The notes: generated by a model not told the origin, from the sequence alone. A stretch of DNA of 64,000 nt from Candidatus Delongbacteria bacterium (GCA_963663545.1 OY760505.1:2400001-2464000), one strand, 5' to 3'. Positions 39,033-49,773 are shown, counted from the first letter of the stretch. Numbers and translations: made by a program.

Positions 39033-42000
39033 ATGAAAACTCTCATTCTGATCTTGCAGCTTTTCGCGGCTACACTTCTGCACGCAGAAGTGGCTGATAT
39101 CTGGATGACAAATCTTCAGAACGAGGACACCGTCACGGTGCAGATTGGCAGCGAGATGGAGTTTCTGGTTCGAATCAACACTTATGCCACGCGCATCTCC
39201 GGATTCCAGTGCTTTCTTGAGTTTCCCGAGGAACTCATGGAGCCGATTCCCTATTCGGCAGACGCGAACGGCTGGCTGTATGACATGGCCATTTTCCCGG
39301 GTATTGTGATCTTTGCCGACAATCACGACGATCGCATCGGTTATCTACCGGACTATCAGCTTGATTGGTGCTACCAATCGGGCTATGTCAACCAGGAAGG
39401 TCGTCCCACGTTCTTGGCCAATGGCACCGCCTGCAAGTTCCGTCTACGCTTTCTGCAGCCTGTTGACCGGCAGGTGATTTCCTTCATTCACAGCAATGGC
39501 ACTTTTCGTAACACGATCTATTGGGCTGATGAATCGGCCGAGGAGCATCGCTTCAATGTGGAGCGCCCGCTGGTAATCAAGGTGGTCGGTCTGAGCTTCG
39601 GACCGTTGCCCGATGTGTATCTCACGTCAGCTGAACCCGAAGATTCCTTGAACCTGTACGAATTCTTGCCCGAGATCGAAGGCTATCCCGACAGCTCCTA
39701 CACATTCAGCTGGCGTTTCATCGGTGGGCAGCGAGTTTGCACAATCGACACCTTACGCCGCGATGACGGTTTCTGGATGTATTACGCAGATAATGGCGAC
39801 TCGGAGCGTAGCGTCGATCTGCGTATCACGGCCTCATCAAACAACCTCAGTGCAACGGACACGATGAGTGTATTCAAAGGCGAGCCGCCGGTGCTCTCGG
39901 ACACGATGAGCACATCGGATCCCTTTCTCGAGTTTAACGAGGATGAGTGCGAAACCATTGACTTGGATGACTACGTCTTCGATCTGGATGATCCGGACGA
40001 GGACCTCGAATGGGAGCTGTTGAATCCGGAAACCATTGTACAGATGGATCTTAATGTGGACCATTTGGCCACTTTCTGCGGACCTCAGGACTGGAACGGG
40101 CGTGATACACTGTGTCTTGTCGTACGTGACCCTGGTGGTATGGCAGACACTGCGTGTGTCATCATCAATGTCCTGCCGGTAAACGATGAACCCAGGTTGA
40201 TGTTGCCCGATACAATGCGCATTCATCCGGACGCCGTCTACACACTGGCGCTGGATTCCTTGACCTACGATCCGGATCACGACGACAGCGAACTGACATG
40301 GTTATGCACCAACGATACCAGTCTGGTAGCGCTGCGCCTGTTTCCAGACGACTACCGTCTTGAATTGGAAGTACAGGAAGGTACGCCCTTGTGGAGCGAG
40401 GTCAGTTTTGTAGTGACCGCAGCTGATCCTACTCCTGCCTTCGGACGTGATACAATGCTGGTAATTGTGACCAGCTATCCACCGGTCTGGACGAATATGT
40501 CGGACGTTGTATTGAACAATGGTGCTACACAAACGCGTTCGCTGAATGAGTACGTTGAGGACCTGGATGATGACGACAACACACTTGTGTTCAGCTGCTG
40601 GGGCAACCAGCGGACGAATATCAGCATTGATGCCGGTTCGCATGTAGCACAGTTCAGTGCCCCGGCAGGATGGCAGGGCGTCGAGCGTGTTTACTTCCGT
40701 GTTACAGACCCCGGTGGAGAATTTGATATCGATACTATCGCAGTGGCTTCTCTGCTGGGAGGGAGCCCACTGGCCGGCCTTGTGCCGGACCTGATCATGT
40801 TGCCTTCTGCCACGGACAACAGTATCTGGCTGAATCAGTGTGTGTGGGATCTGGACTCCCCTATTTCGGCCATGTCGTGGCAGGTAGACCACCAATCGCT
40901 GTTTACAGCAACAATCCAACCCAATACGAATGTAAACGTACACGCTCCGGCGGCCATGGGTACCGTTGATCGCCCCTACTGGACGGTTACGGACCCTGAT
41001 GGCCATACGGCCACAACCAGTTCAATCTTTGCAGTAATCGATACAACTGGCGTTCCCGTAGTCTTTCCCTTTGAGGAAATCTGGATGACTACGTCCAGCA
41101 TAGATACAAGCATCTGCCTGGACGACTATGTCGTCGATTGGGATCACACACCGCAGCAGATTAGCTGGAGCACACAGGCTGCCACTTTGTTTACATCATC
41201 CGTGCGTGCATCGGATCGCGTTCTTGTGATACAAAGTGGATCCCTTGATGGCGATGAGAATCTACTGCTCACAGCGACCGATCCCGTAGGAAACACATGC
41301 AATGGCAGCGTTCTGGTCCACGTTAGTGAGGGCCATCCGCCGATAGTCAGCGAGTTCCCGCCGCGATACATCATCGCGGGTCAAACGAAGACGATTTACG
41401 AGATGGAGAACTACGTCTTTGATCAGGACCTGAATGAAGTCATTACGTGGAGTTTTCTTGATCCGACCGATTCGCCGGTAACAGCTGTGTATTACGCCGA
41501 TGGCGATAGTGCTGTGATCGTGACCGACGCATCATACACGGGTGAAGACGATTTGATTGCTGTAGCCACCGATCGTGATAACATGTCGGATATGGCAGCT
41601 ATCCGTGTTACGTCATTGGAAAATCGTTCCCCCGTGTTACAATCTGGCGTCTTAGCCAATTCTGCTGAGCCCGGTATTGTGGACATGGTCGTGGTCAGCA
41701 ACGAGGCCTTGCGCAGTCTTGAAGCCTATCGAGTTAGTGATGGTGCCAGCATAACCTTTCGTCGACTCACGGTGCTTGATGATGCCGTTGAGCTGCGACG
41801 GGCAGACTATCAGCCAGATGATGTAGGTGATACAATCGTGGTTGTGGCCACCGATTTACCCGGTTTCACGATGGTCTCCGGCAATGTTGCAGCAGACTCG
41901 ATAATCTTCAGCTCGGGAAGTCTGAGTTCGACTGGTGACGGCTTGGTATCACCCGACGGTCTGCTGCGAATCAGCAGTACCGGAAACGGGGATTCGCGCT

Positions 42001-42527
42001 GGTTTATCCATCAGCGCCGCGATCTTCCTGCAGAAGACCAATTAGCTGCGTGGGCGGTTTTTCCGGTACAGGGTGACTGTCCGCTGCGTGTCGAGATTCC
42101 TGCGGGGCACGGCGAGTTGCAGATCTGGGATGGCTACAATTGGACAGCAATGCAGCTCAGTGCTCCGTTCAGCGGAAGGCAGCACGCTGAGCTGGAGGGG
42201 GGGCGGGTCCTGCTTCGGCTCGTTGAGAAAGGATGCGACACACTGCCCAGAAGCCTTGTATTGCACCAAGCCTTTCCCAATCCGTTCAATCCGTCTACAT
42301 GGCTAAGCTATGATCTGCCAACGAAGGGTGATACACGGGTTGTGATACACGATCTGCTTGGTCGCAAGGTTTGTCTGTTGCAAAGTGGCGCACAGGAGGC
42401 TGGTAGTCACCGGCTTCGCTGGGATGGAGTAAATGATGCAGGCGTGCGTGTTGCCAGCGGCGTTTACTTTGCCCATCTATCACACCCAACTGGTGAGTGC
42501 ACTGTTAAAATGATCTTGATCAAATAG
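39033..42527 (+). CDS. Large secreted protein with tandem cadherin/Ig-like repeats and T9SS-type CTD
   Basis: Signal peptide MKTLILIL; about six L-D/N-x-YV-x-D-x-D...W repeats; AFPNPFNPST...IHDLLGRKV...WDG...VASGVYF...KMILIK. Confidence 0.85.
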   Translation: MKTLILILQLFAATLLHAEVADIWMTNLQNEDTVTVQIGSEMEFLVRINTYATRISGFQCFLEFPEELMEPIPYSADANGWLYDMAIFPGIVIFADNHDDRIGYLPDYQLDWCYQSGYVNQEGRPTFLANGTACKFRLRFLQPVDRQVISFIHSNGTFRNTIYWADESAEEHRFNVERPLVIKVVGLSFGPLPDVYLTSAEPEDSLNLYEFLPEIEGYPDSSYTFSWRFIGGQRVCTIDTLRRDDGFWMYYADNGDSERSVDLRITASSNNLSATDTMSVFKGEPPVLSDTMSTSDPFLEFNEDECETIDLDDYVFDLDDPDEDLEWELLNPETIVQMDLNVDHLATFCGPQDWNGRDTLCLVVRDPGGMADTACVIINVLPVNDEPRLMLPDTMRIHPDAVYTLALDSLTYDPDHDDSELTWLCTNDTSLVALRLFPDDYRLELEVQEGTPLWSEVSFVVTAADPTPAFGRDTMLVIVTSYPPVWTNMSDVVLNNGATQTRSLNEYVEDLDDDDNTLVFSCWGNQRTNISIDAGSHVAQFSAPAGWQGVERVYFRVTDPGGEFDIDTIAVASLLGGSPLAGLVPDLIMLPSATDNSIWLNQCVWDLDSPISAMSWQVDHQSLFTATIQPNTNVNVHAPAAMGTVDRPYWTVTDPDGHTATTSSIFAVIDTTGVPVVFPFEEIWMTTSSIDTSICLDDYVVDWDHTPQQISWSTQAATLFTSSVRASDRVLVIQSGSLDGDENLLLTATDPVGNTCNGSVLVHVSEGHPPIVSEFPPRYIIAGQTKTIYEMENYVFDQDLNEVITWSFLDPTDSPVTAVYYADGDSAVIVTDASYTGEDDLIAVATDRDNMSDMAAIRVTSLENRSPVLQSGVLANSAEPGIVDMVVVSNEALRSLEAYRVSDGASITFRRLTVLDDAVELRRADYQPDDVGDTIVVVATDLPGFTMVSGNVAADSIIFSSGSLSSTGDGLVSPDGLLRISSTGNGDSRWFIHQRRDLPAEDQLAAWAVFPVQGDCPLRVEIPAGHGELQIWDGYNWTAMQLSAPFSGRQHAELEGGRVLLRLVEKGCDTLPRSLVLHQAFPNPFNPSTWLSYDLPTKGDTRVVIHDLLGRKVCLLQSGAQEAGSHRLRWDGVNDAGVRVASGVYFAHLSHPTGECTVKMILIK

Positions 42528-42540
42528 GGCGGAAGTCAAT

Positions 42541-43200
42541 ATGTGTGCAGGACGTGATACATCCTGGATGATCAAAACCAACGAGATGCGACTACTCTTG
42601 TGCATGGTGTCTTTATCGGCGCTGCTTCTTGGCTGCGGTATCACATCCACAAGTAGTAGTGGTGGCAGCAGACTTGGCGACGCATGGTCTTTGTATCACA
42701 ACGGTGAATATGCTGACGCTGCCGACTTGTTTCAGGAGCTTGTTGACGAGGACCTGTCCGTTGCCGAAGCACTATGCGGAATCGGTTGGTGTCGGCTTCA
42801 TCTGCGTCATCCAGACTTAAGCAGAACGGCTTTCCAGAGCTCCTTGTATGCCGATCAAGAGTATCTGGACAGCCGTGTCGGCGAAGCTTTTGCGCTGCGA
42901 GATGCGTCTGTTCCCGACGATGGTCGTCTGATGGAGCAGGCTCGAGGAAGTCTTCGGGAAGCACCAAGTTACACGTTTTCGCATGAAACACGTATCAATG
43001 CAGATGATTTGCGCGTCCTTCTGGCGCAGGTCTTCTACTACCACCAAGAGTTTGACAGCTGCTATGCACGTTGCCTCGAAGTGGATCCTGCCATCAGCAT
43101 CGCTCCAGAGGATACCTTGAGCTGGTTCATGTATCCTAACTTCCAGTCGGCGCTTTTTGCTGAGCTGGTTCGCTTGTCGGAGCTGGTTTCCAACGATTAG
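42541..43200 (+). CDS. TPR-containing lipoprotein
   Basis: Lipobox LLLGC; AWSLY...Y.DA...F and ALCGIGW TPR pattern; real start probably 42568 or 42586. Confidence 0.7.
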   Translation: MCAGRDTSWMIKTNEMRLLLCMVSLSALLLGCGITSTSSSGGSRLGDAWSLYHNGEYADAADLFQELVDEDLSVAEALCGIGWCRLHLRHPDLSRTAFQSSLYADQEYLDSRVGEAFALRDASVPDDGRLMEQARGSLREAPSYTFSHETRINADDLRVLLAQVFYYHQEFDSCYARCLEVDPAISIAPEDTLSWFMYPNFQSALFAELVRLSELVSND

Positions 43201-43272
43201 CATGGACGGCGACAGGGCGACTTCTGTTCAATAAGCACCGGAAAGGTGTTACGTGCCCTATTCTGCTAAACT

Positions 43273-44109
43273 TTGATCAAGAGCTACATGTCTCACAAGC
43301 ATAGAACGGCTGCCATTTTGCGTAAGCTCTTGCTGGAGTTGGGCCAGTGCCTGCGTTTATGTCTACTGTTGTTGCCGGTTACGTTGCGGCGAAGCCTGCT
43401 TCTACCATGCGCTGGAGTGGGCATATTGAGCCTGACCGTGACACATGGAAGAACATCAGCGCTTCCCTGGCTACTGGTAGGGCTTGTATTGCAATGGATC
43501 TGGCTGCGCCACATTGTTTGTCCAGAGGCTGTGGTTCGACGTTTTGCGCTACCCCTTTCTAGCGCCTTTGCATTGCTGGTGGCGCTTCTTCTGTGGCGCG
43601 ATCTTCAGTTGCCAGCAACCGTGATACAAGGCGCATTTCTGCTCTCGTTGTTACCGGAGTTGTGGTTTGAAGGAATACGCCCTGTGCGAATCCCGCACGG
43701 TCGTCCTTTGTTTGCTGCCTTGATTCTGCATATCAGCGCCACACTTCTGCCTGCGTGCGGATTGTTGCTGGCATTGCATCCCGAACACTCAGAGTTGCTA
43801 ATGAAAATAGCTCGAAGCCTTATGCTAGCAGGTGGTATTGCGGCAGGAGGCATCGTCTTGCTAGGGAATCGGATGGGTCAGGATCCGCGCTGGTGGCCGA
43901 TTTTTCTGGACAAAGCCATTAACAGCCTGGTTCTGCCGTGGGCTTTGCTGGCGTGGGCGGGCATTGGTCCACTGACTTCGCTGATTGCTTGCGCGCTCTG
44001 GTTAGTGGGCGAATGGGATAGCGTTAGCTTGGTGGAACTGTGGCGCCGAGCAGAATTCTTGCATTGGAACTGTGACGATAGAGCAAATGTGGAACAAGAT
44101 TTGCTCTGA
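43273..44109 (+). CDS. Hypothetical polytopic membrane protein
   Basis: Multiple hydrophobic segments; start uncertain. Confidence 0.55.
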   Translation: MIKSYMSHKHRTAAILRKLLLELGQCLRLCLLLLPVTLRRSLLLPCAGVGILSLTVTHGRTSALPWLLVGLVLQWIWLRHIVCPEAVVRRFALPLSSAFALLVALLLWRDLQLPATVIQGAFLLSLLPELWFEGIRPVRIPHGRPLFAALILHISATLLPACGLLLALHPEHSELLMKIARSLMLAGGIAAGGIVLLGNRMGQDPRWWPIFLDKAINSLVLPWALLAWAGIGPLTSLIACALWLVGEWDSVSLVELWRRAEFLHWNCDDRANVEQDLL

Positions 44110-44310
44110 GCGTGGTTTTTGTGGGTGCGCCGTTGGTTTTTCGGGTATGTTGTTAAAAAACAACACAAGAGATTTCGAAGACATTGGCGCAAGGTTCAGA
44201 CAGATGTTTCGATCCCTTAGCAAATGGCAAGACTTCAAGTTTCATGCTTGGTCAAGTCGTGATATATTGAAGCGATCGAATCCAATTTGATGGATAAGCT
44301 GGAGGCCAGA

Positions 44311-45051
44311 ATGCGGAAAGTGCTGCTGGGTTTGCTGATGTCCGTGCTCACAATTGGTAGCGCGGCGCTGGCGGCGAACAATGACGTCATCGAGTTCGGC
44401 CTTACGGGCCGTTACATGCTGGACGGTGATACTTATGGCGCGGATAATTCGGGCGTCGATTACGCATCAGACACCTACCCCCTCGCTGGTGATTTCCAGA
44501 TGAACTTCGGTGTGAACCTGGCTCTTGGCCACCGGTTCGATAGCCGAAAGGGGCCTTTTGAGGTTCTGTTCAAGTACAACCTCACCACTTCAATGAACGA
44601 TGTCGATAACTATCTCTATGTCGACCAGTACGACACTGTGTCACGCCTGGAGAATGACGGCTCGATTCGTTTGCATGAGTTCTTTGGTGTCGTGCGTTTC
44701 CCCTCCAGTCTGGTACCGGTTGACTTTCTTCAGAGTGACAATCTGTATTACGACTTGGGCTTGGGCGTAGCCACTCTGGTCTACGAGTATGATCAGGCTA
44801 CGTGGTCGAATGTTGCGTTTGTAAATTCTCAGCCGCATACCATCACCCGTAGTGGACTGGCTTTCAATGTGGGCGTCGGTTATCGTTTGCCCCTCACGGA
44901 AACCCTGAGTCTGAACGCGCGCGTCGAGGCGAGCTTCAGCCAGATTCAGGACATCGAGAATTCCGACGGAGATCTGGTGCACAAAAGCCCCGACACCAAC
45001 AACGTGGGTGTCAGCATTGGTGTCACGAAGTATTTCCATTCTCTGTTCTAG
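44311..45051 (+). CDS. Outer-membrane beta-barrel protein
   Basis: GGAGG SD, signal peptide, alternating strands (FNVGVGYRL, VSIGVTKYF), terminal Phe. Confidence 0.8.
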   Translation: MRKVLLGLLMSVLTIGSAALAANNDVIEFGLTGRYMLDGDTYGADNSGVDYASDTYPLAGDFQMNFGVNLALGHRFDSRKGPFEVLFKYNLTTSMNDVDNYLYVDQYDTVSRLENDGSIRLHEFFGVVRFPSSLVPVDFLQSDNLYYDLGLGVATLVYEYDQATWSNVAFVNSQPHTITRSGLAFNVGVGYRLPLTETLSLNARVEASFSQIQDIENSDGDLVHKSPDTNNVGVSIGVTKYFHSLF

Positions 45052-45073
45052 AGAGCGTTTGTACAGCCTACTC

Positions 45074-45107
45074 AGCGCCGGACCACAACGTGGCTCGGCG
45101 CTTTTTT
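45074..45107 (+). terminator. Intrinsic terminator of the beta-barrel gene
   Basis: AGCGCCGgaCCAC-AAC-GTGGctCGGCGCT then TTTTT. Confidence 0.75.
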
Positions 45108-45183
45108 GTGATACATGATTGCACGGCAACGCAATCTTGCTGTAATACTGTCCCGACAGCCCTCCGCGTATTAGATTGGACCC

Positions 45184-45702
45184 ATGAGAAATCTTGCCAC
45201 AATTCTCTTGCTGGTTCTGCTGTGCTCTTGCGGTCGTAGTCCCATGCACCATTGGGAGCACGAGTTCGGCTTCAGCATCGATCTGCCTGAGGAGTTCTCG
45301 ATGGCAACAATGGCCACGGGCGAGGGAAGTGGATCCATCATCTTCTCCTGCGGAAGAGGCTTCGCTACTGATCCCCAGCTTATTGTGCGAGTTGAACCGC
45401 GTATTCGTCCGCTGGGAGAGATGCTCCAAGTGCAGGAGGAAATCAATGCTGCACATCGCGAGGACCTTGGCGAGTGGTTTGCCGATACGCTGGCCAATTC
45501 CATCGGCCTTGGCAGGCGCATTGTTTACACGATCCCCGGGCTGGAGGCCGGTCCGCGTCTGATCGAGGATTTGCGCGTGTATCCCTGGCGCGAACGATAC
45601 TACTCCTTCTTCTTCCGATATCCTGAGGCAAAACCAGAGTGGCAGACGCGCTACAGCAAGTGGATGCGCGACTGCTATTTCCATGATACCGAGCAACGCT
45701 AA
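45184..45702 (+). CDS. Hypothetical lipoprotein
   Basis: Lipobox LCSC; abuts ruvX start. Confidence 0.6.
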   Translation: MRNLATILLLVLLCSCGRSPMHHWEHEFGFSIDLPEEFSMATMATGEGSGSIIFSCGRGFATDPQLIVRVEPRIRPLGEMLQVQEEINAAHREDLGEWFADTLANSIGLGRRIVYTIPGLEAGPRLIEDLRVYPWRERYYSFFFRYPEAKPEWQTRYSKWMRDCYFHDTEQR

Positions 45703-46160
45703 TGAGTGCGTGGCGGGTGATGGGCATCGACTACGGCCTGGTTCGCATAGGGCTTGCGTTAAGTGATGAGCAGCGAACGGTTGCAACTCCACTGAGGACA
45801 CTTTCTGCGGGACAGGGGCTGATGCCCAGGCTGTTCGCTTTGCTCGGCGAGTACAGCGTCGGGCTTGTCGTTGTCGGGCGACCTTGGCGTAGCAACGGAA
45901 GTCCCGGTACCATTGATAGTAGGATCCTCCATTTCAGTCGAGTGCTGCAGACACGGGGCATACACGTCGCTTTTCAAGATGAATCCGGCACGAGTCAGGC
46001 GGCGGATCTGCTGACGGCACCGAATCAGCGGCACAAGCGGGACGGCAAGCGCGACAGGATTGCCGCAGCCTTTCTACTGCAGGAATTCCTGGACGAGCGA
46101 GAAGGGCTACAGGATCTGGACGCGAACGCCAGCGACTTCGCGGAGGAGATTCCCGCATGA
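45702..46160 (+). CDS. ruvX: YqgF/RuvX nuclease
   Basis: MGIDYGLVRIGLALSD, VVGRP, QDESGTS, DRIAAAFLLQ. Confidence 0.9.
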   Translation: MSAWRVMGIDYGLVRIGLALSDEQRTVATPLRTLSAGQGLMPRLFALLGEYSVGLVVVGRPWRSNGSPGTIDSRILHFSRVLQTRGIHVAFQDESGTSQAADLLTAPNQRHKRDGKRDRIAAAFLLQEFLDEREGLQDLDANASDFAEEIPA

Positions 46161-47785
46161 AGGCAGGTGCACGAGTTTGGCTTCCAGCGGCATTGTCGGG
46201 TTTGCTTGGGGCTCTGGCTTTTCCACCCTCTCCGTTTTGGTTGCTCGGTCTACTTGCCTGGGTGCCGCTCATTTCAGTAGTGGATCAAGGTCAAAGGGGA
46301 TTTCGGCCCTTTTTCCTCGCGGGTCTGGTGTATCACGGTTTTACCGTTTACTGGATCGCGCTGAACAGTGACCCGCCCTTTTACCTCGCCTTCGCTAGTT
46401 TTCTGGGCGCATTGCTCTGGCTCTGCACGCTTTGGGGTGTCGTTGGCTGGTTTGCCGTTCGGGCGCGTCGCTGGTGGGGGCGCGGTGGGCTGGCGCTCTT
46501 TCCGCTTATCATGACAGCGATAGACTGGATTGTTGAGGGCGGAGAAATGGGCTTTCCCTGGAACACCATTGGTGTTGGCCAGGCGACGAATCCACTCCTT
46601 CGTAGCCTTGTGGCTGCCGGTGGCATGCATGTACTTACACTGCTCAGCTTAACTATCAATCTTCTGGTGTGGGTCTTGCTGTTGAATAATGCGCAAGATC
46701 TATATAAATCGCGAGTTGCCAAGGTTCTGGGATGGGTTGCGATTCCTTGTGAAGAGCGTGCCACGAAAAGTGCCACATCTATCCTGGCCTTCTTCGCACT
46801 GTTGCTGCTCCCGCTGCTCAGTTACGAAGCTGGTCAGTTGGCGAGTGCCGGGATCCATCCGGCCAGCCAATCTAGAGTGCCAATGTTGCTGGTTCAAAGC
46901 GGTGTGTCGGGACGTGAGAAGTGGGAAAATCCCTACCAATATACCGTTGACCGCCATCTGGAACTGACGCAGCAGGCGCTTCAAGAGCGTGCAGACCAGC
47001 ACTTGAAAATGCCGGAAATCGTGCTCTGGTCCGAGACGGCCGTTCCTACACGCCTGCGGATGCGACGGCCCTTGCAGCAGCAGCTAATACAGTTCTGCCG
47101 GTATTGGAATGTGGATCTGATTACCGGGGCCAACGATGTCACCCGCACAGAAGCGGGAGCCCGCCCGCAGAACGCGGCCTTTGTTCTTGATAGCGAGGGA
47201 ATGGGCGACTTCTATGCCAAACGACGTTTGGTTCCCTTTGGCGAGCGTGTGCCGGGGCAGCGTTGGCTGCCTTTGCTTGGCAAACTAAATCTTGGCCAAG
47301 CCGAGTTTCTGGCAGGGAATTCTGTGGAGCCTGGCCAGCTGGAACTTGCCAACGGCGATAGCCTGCGTATCGGCTGGAGCATCTGTTTCGAAGGGAATTT
47401 TGGCGAGTTGGCTCGTGAGTTCTGTTTGCGCGGTGCCGGTCTGCTGGTGAATCTGACCAACGACAGCTGGTTTCGCATGAGTCGCGAGTACGAGCAGCAT
47501 TTAACCATTGCTGCGCTGCGTTGTCTCGAGTGCGGCCGGTGGATGGCGCGTGCTACAAGCAACGGCTACACAGCTTTTATCAACCCGCAGGGGAAAATCG
47601 TCGACATCCTACCCAAAGGAAGCGCGGGCACATTGTATCACGAAGTGGAAGTGCTCGACGGGTTGACCTGGTACACGCGTTTTGGTCCCGTTGTGCCGCG
47701 CGCTGCGGCAATACTAGCGCTGGTTCTGCTGCTGCTTGGGTGGATGCGCAACCGGTTTCGCCATGGCAGAGAGGCGCAGTCATGA
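46157..47785 (+). CDS. lnt: Apolipoprotein N-acyltransferase
   Basis: GFPW, WSETA, YAKRRLVPFGE, ICFE, NLTNDSWF, RATSNG. Confidence 0.94.
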   Translation: MKAGARVWLPAALSGLLGALAFPPSPFWLLGLLAWVPLISVVDQGQRGFRPFFLAGLVYHGFTVYWIALNSDPPFYLAFASFLGALLWLCTLWGVVGWFAVRARRWWGRGGLALFPLIMTAIDWIVEGGEMGFPWNTIGVGQATNPLLRSLVAAGGMHVLTLLSLTINLLVWVLLLNNAQDLYKSRVAKVLGWVAIPCEERATKSATSILAFFALLLLPLLSYEAGQLASAGIHPASQSRVPMLLVQSGVSGREKWENPYQYTVDRHLELTQQALQERADQHLKMPEIVLWSETAVPTRLRMRRPLQQQLIQFCRYWNVDLITGANDVTRTEAGARPQNAAFVLDSEGMGDFYAKRRLVPFGERVPGQRWLPLLGKLNLGQAEFLAGNSVEPGQLELANGDSLRIGWSICFEGNFGELAREFCLRGAGLLVNLTNDSWFRMSREYEQHLTIAALRCLECGRWMARATSNGYTAFINPQGKIVDILPKGSAGTLYHEVEVLDGLTWYTRFGPVVPRAAAILALVLLLLGWMRNRFRHGREAQS

Positions 47786-48834
47786 TTCTGCGGCTGTTCT
47801 TGTTGTTGTGCCTTAGTGTGTGGGCTGGCGCGGGTAATCTGTTGCATGTAACAGCCACCTCCAGCACGCGCGTGTTGTCCATGGGCGGTTGCATGGCGGC
47901 CAATAGTAGGCTTCTGGATGCTTCGCTATACAATCCCGCAGCTTTGCGCGTCGATGACAATCGTGGCTATTTCTTTGCCCTGCTAGATCCGGGTGCCACG
48001 GCGAATGTATCACGCACGGGAGAAGCGCGCGACGCCTGGGAATCCTCGACGCCTGGATCGCTTGTGTTGCGTGGTGTGTATCTTGGGTGGGACAGAGTGA
48101 ATCTGGCTCTGAGCAACGGTGAGTACATGCCGCAAAGCGTCAGTCAGCTTAGTCCGACACAGGATGGTCCGACGGTGACAACGGCGGACATCGTTCCCTT
48201 GGCTACGGTAGGGTTCGCATTGGATGAGAAGGTAAGCCTGGGCATCAGCGCTGCGCTGCGGCGACCGACGGAAGGTCATCGGCGGCTTCCCGTGATACGC
48301 TACGGCGTTCTGATTCGCGCCAATCGTCACATGGACGTTGGTGCGGTGGCGCTACACATGCCACCGGCTCTTGCCGATTGCCGTCGCGAGATTGATCGAC
48401 TGGGAGATGAGACCGTCAATCTGGGCGTGTTGTGGTATCCACTGGGGCGGCCACTGCAGCAGCAGCGCGCAGCGCGCATTCCTCGCGACTTAAAAAGTTT
48501 CTATGAATCCGTGGATCTTCGTATCGCATTAGACGTTCGCAATGTTTCTCAGGCACAAGGGCTTGGTGGCAAGCAGGAGCTACACTTCGGCACGAGCTTG
48601 GCCTGGGTCCACCTGGGCGAGATGCGCGCGGGCATCTACTGGCCCAACCCTGATATTGAGGATGCGGAACGCGTGCCGCGCATCAGTTTGGGGCTGGGTC
48701 TCTTTCAGTTTTGGCAGCCGCGTCGGCGCTTGCGTCGCCTGCTTGGCCGTGATTGCTTCATGGAACTGGGCTGGGCCCAGAGTCCCAGCGGTGAAGCAGG
48801 CATCTGGTTGTGGAGCTTGCGATGGGCGATCTAG
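47782..48834 (+). CDS. Outer-membrane protein of FadL/PorV-like family
   Basis: Signal peptide then STRVLSMGG...ASLYNPAAL; beta-strand C-terminus. Confidence 0.55.
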   Translation: MILRLFLLLCLSVWAGAGNLLHVTATSSTRVLSMGGCMAANSRLLDASLYNPAALRVDDNRGYFFALLDPGATANVSRTGEARDAWESSTPGSLVLRGVYLGWDRVNLALSNGEYMPQSVSQLSPTQDGPTVTTADIVPLATVGFALDEKVSLGISAALRRPTEGHRRLPVIRYGVLIRANRHMDVGAVALHMPPALADCRREIDRLGDETVNLGVLWYPLGRPLQQQRAARIPRDLKSFYESVDLRIALDVRNVSQAQGLGGKQELHFGTSLAWVHLGEMRAGIYWPNPDIEDAERVPRISLGLGLFQFWQPRRRLRRLLGRDCFMELGWAQSPSGEAGIWLWSLRWAI

Positions 48835-49010
48835 GATCGAATGCTACTTTGAGGAGCTTTGAAGTCCGAACGGACTCACTGCAAGTTCCGCTTGATAGCA
48901 CCCAAGCGATGCAGAATCATCGTGGCGACCGCCTTCTGGCCTGGCCGCTTGTGCTCTTGTCGATCGTGGCTGGCGCTCTTGCCGTGCGCCTGCTGTTTAC
49001 CAAGCGATAA
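48822..49010 (+). CDS. Small hypothetical membrane protein
   Basis: Fills gap before bamD; C-terminal TM helix ending LLFTKR. Confidence 0.4.
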   Translation: MGDLGSNATLRSFEVRTDSLQVPLDSTQAMQNHRGDRLLAWPLVLLSIVAGALAVRLLFTKR

Positions 49011-49020
49011 TGAGGATGGA

Positions 49021-49773
49021 ATGACTAAGATCTGTCGGCTCCTGCCCTTACTAGCTGCACTCGTGGTACTGATGACTGCCTGCTCGCAGCGCGTTCGTGA
49101 AATTCCGCCAGTTGAAAGCGCCATGGCGAAGGCGATGAAGGATTTCAATCGCGAGCACTACGTGGATGCGCAAGAGCGCTTTGATCAGATGAGCCTGGAT
49201 TACGCCGGATCTGCGCTGATGGATTCCATCACCTACATGTCCGGTGAGTGCGGCTATCAGATGGAAAACTTCCTGCTGGCTGCGGATCAATTCGAGCAAG
49301 TGGTCAGTCTTTATCCAACCAGTCCGTTGGTCGATGATGCGCGCATTCGTGTCGCCGATTGCTACTACGAACTGTCGCCCAAGTACGCGCTTGACCAGAG
49401 CTACACGTATCGTGCCATCCAGGAGTACCAGATGCTGCTGGATGAGTACCCTGACAGCAAGTTCCGCACACTGGCCGAGGAGCGCGTCAGCGCGTGTCGC
49501 TATAAGCTGGCCTTCAAGGATTTCAAGGCGGCCGAGTTGTATTACAGGCTAAATCAGTGGCCTGCAGCGATCATCTACTGCAACGACATTCTGGAGGACT
49601 GGTACGATCAGCCCACGGTGTGTGAGCGCGCGCATTTTCTGAAGGCGCGCTGCTATGTGGCAATGAAGCTTACCGAAGAAGCACGTGCTACACTGGATGA
49701 TTTTCTGCAGACTTGGCCGGACTCGGAGTATAAAGAGGATGCCGCCAGCGAACTCAAGGCTCTGACTGAGTGA
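49021..49773 (+). CDS. bamD: Outer membrane protein assembly factor BamD
   Basis: Lipobox MTAC; YPTSP, YELSPKYALDQSYT..AI..YQ...YPDS, AAELY. Confidence 0.9.
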   Translation: MTKICRLLPLLAALVVLMTACSQRVREIPPVESAMAKAMKDFNREHYVDAQERFDQMSLDYAGSALMDSITYMSGECGYQMENFLLAADQFEQVVSLYPTSPLVDDARIRVADCYYELSPKYALDQSYTYRAIQEYQMLLDEYPDSKFRTLAEERVSACRYKLAFKDFKAAELYYRLNQWPAAIIYCNDILEDWYDQPTVCERAHFLKARCYVAMKLTEEARATLDDFLQTWPDSEYKEDAASELKALTE

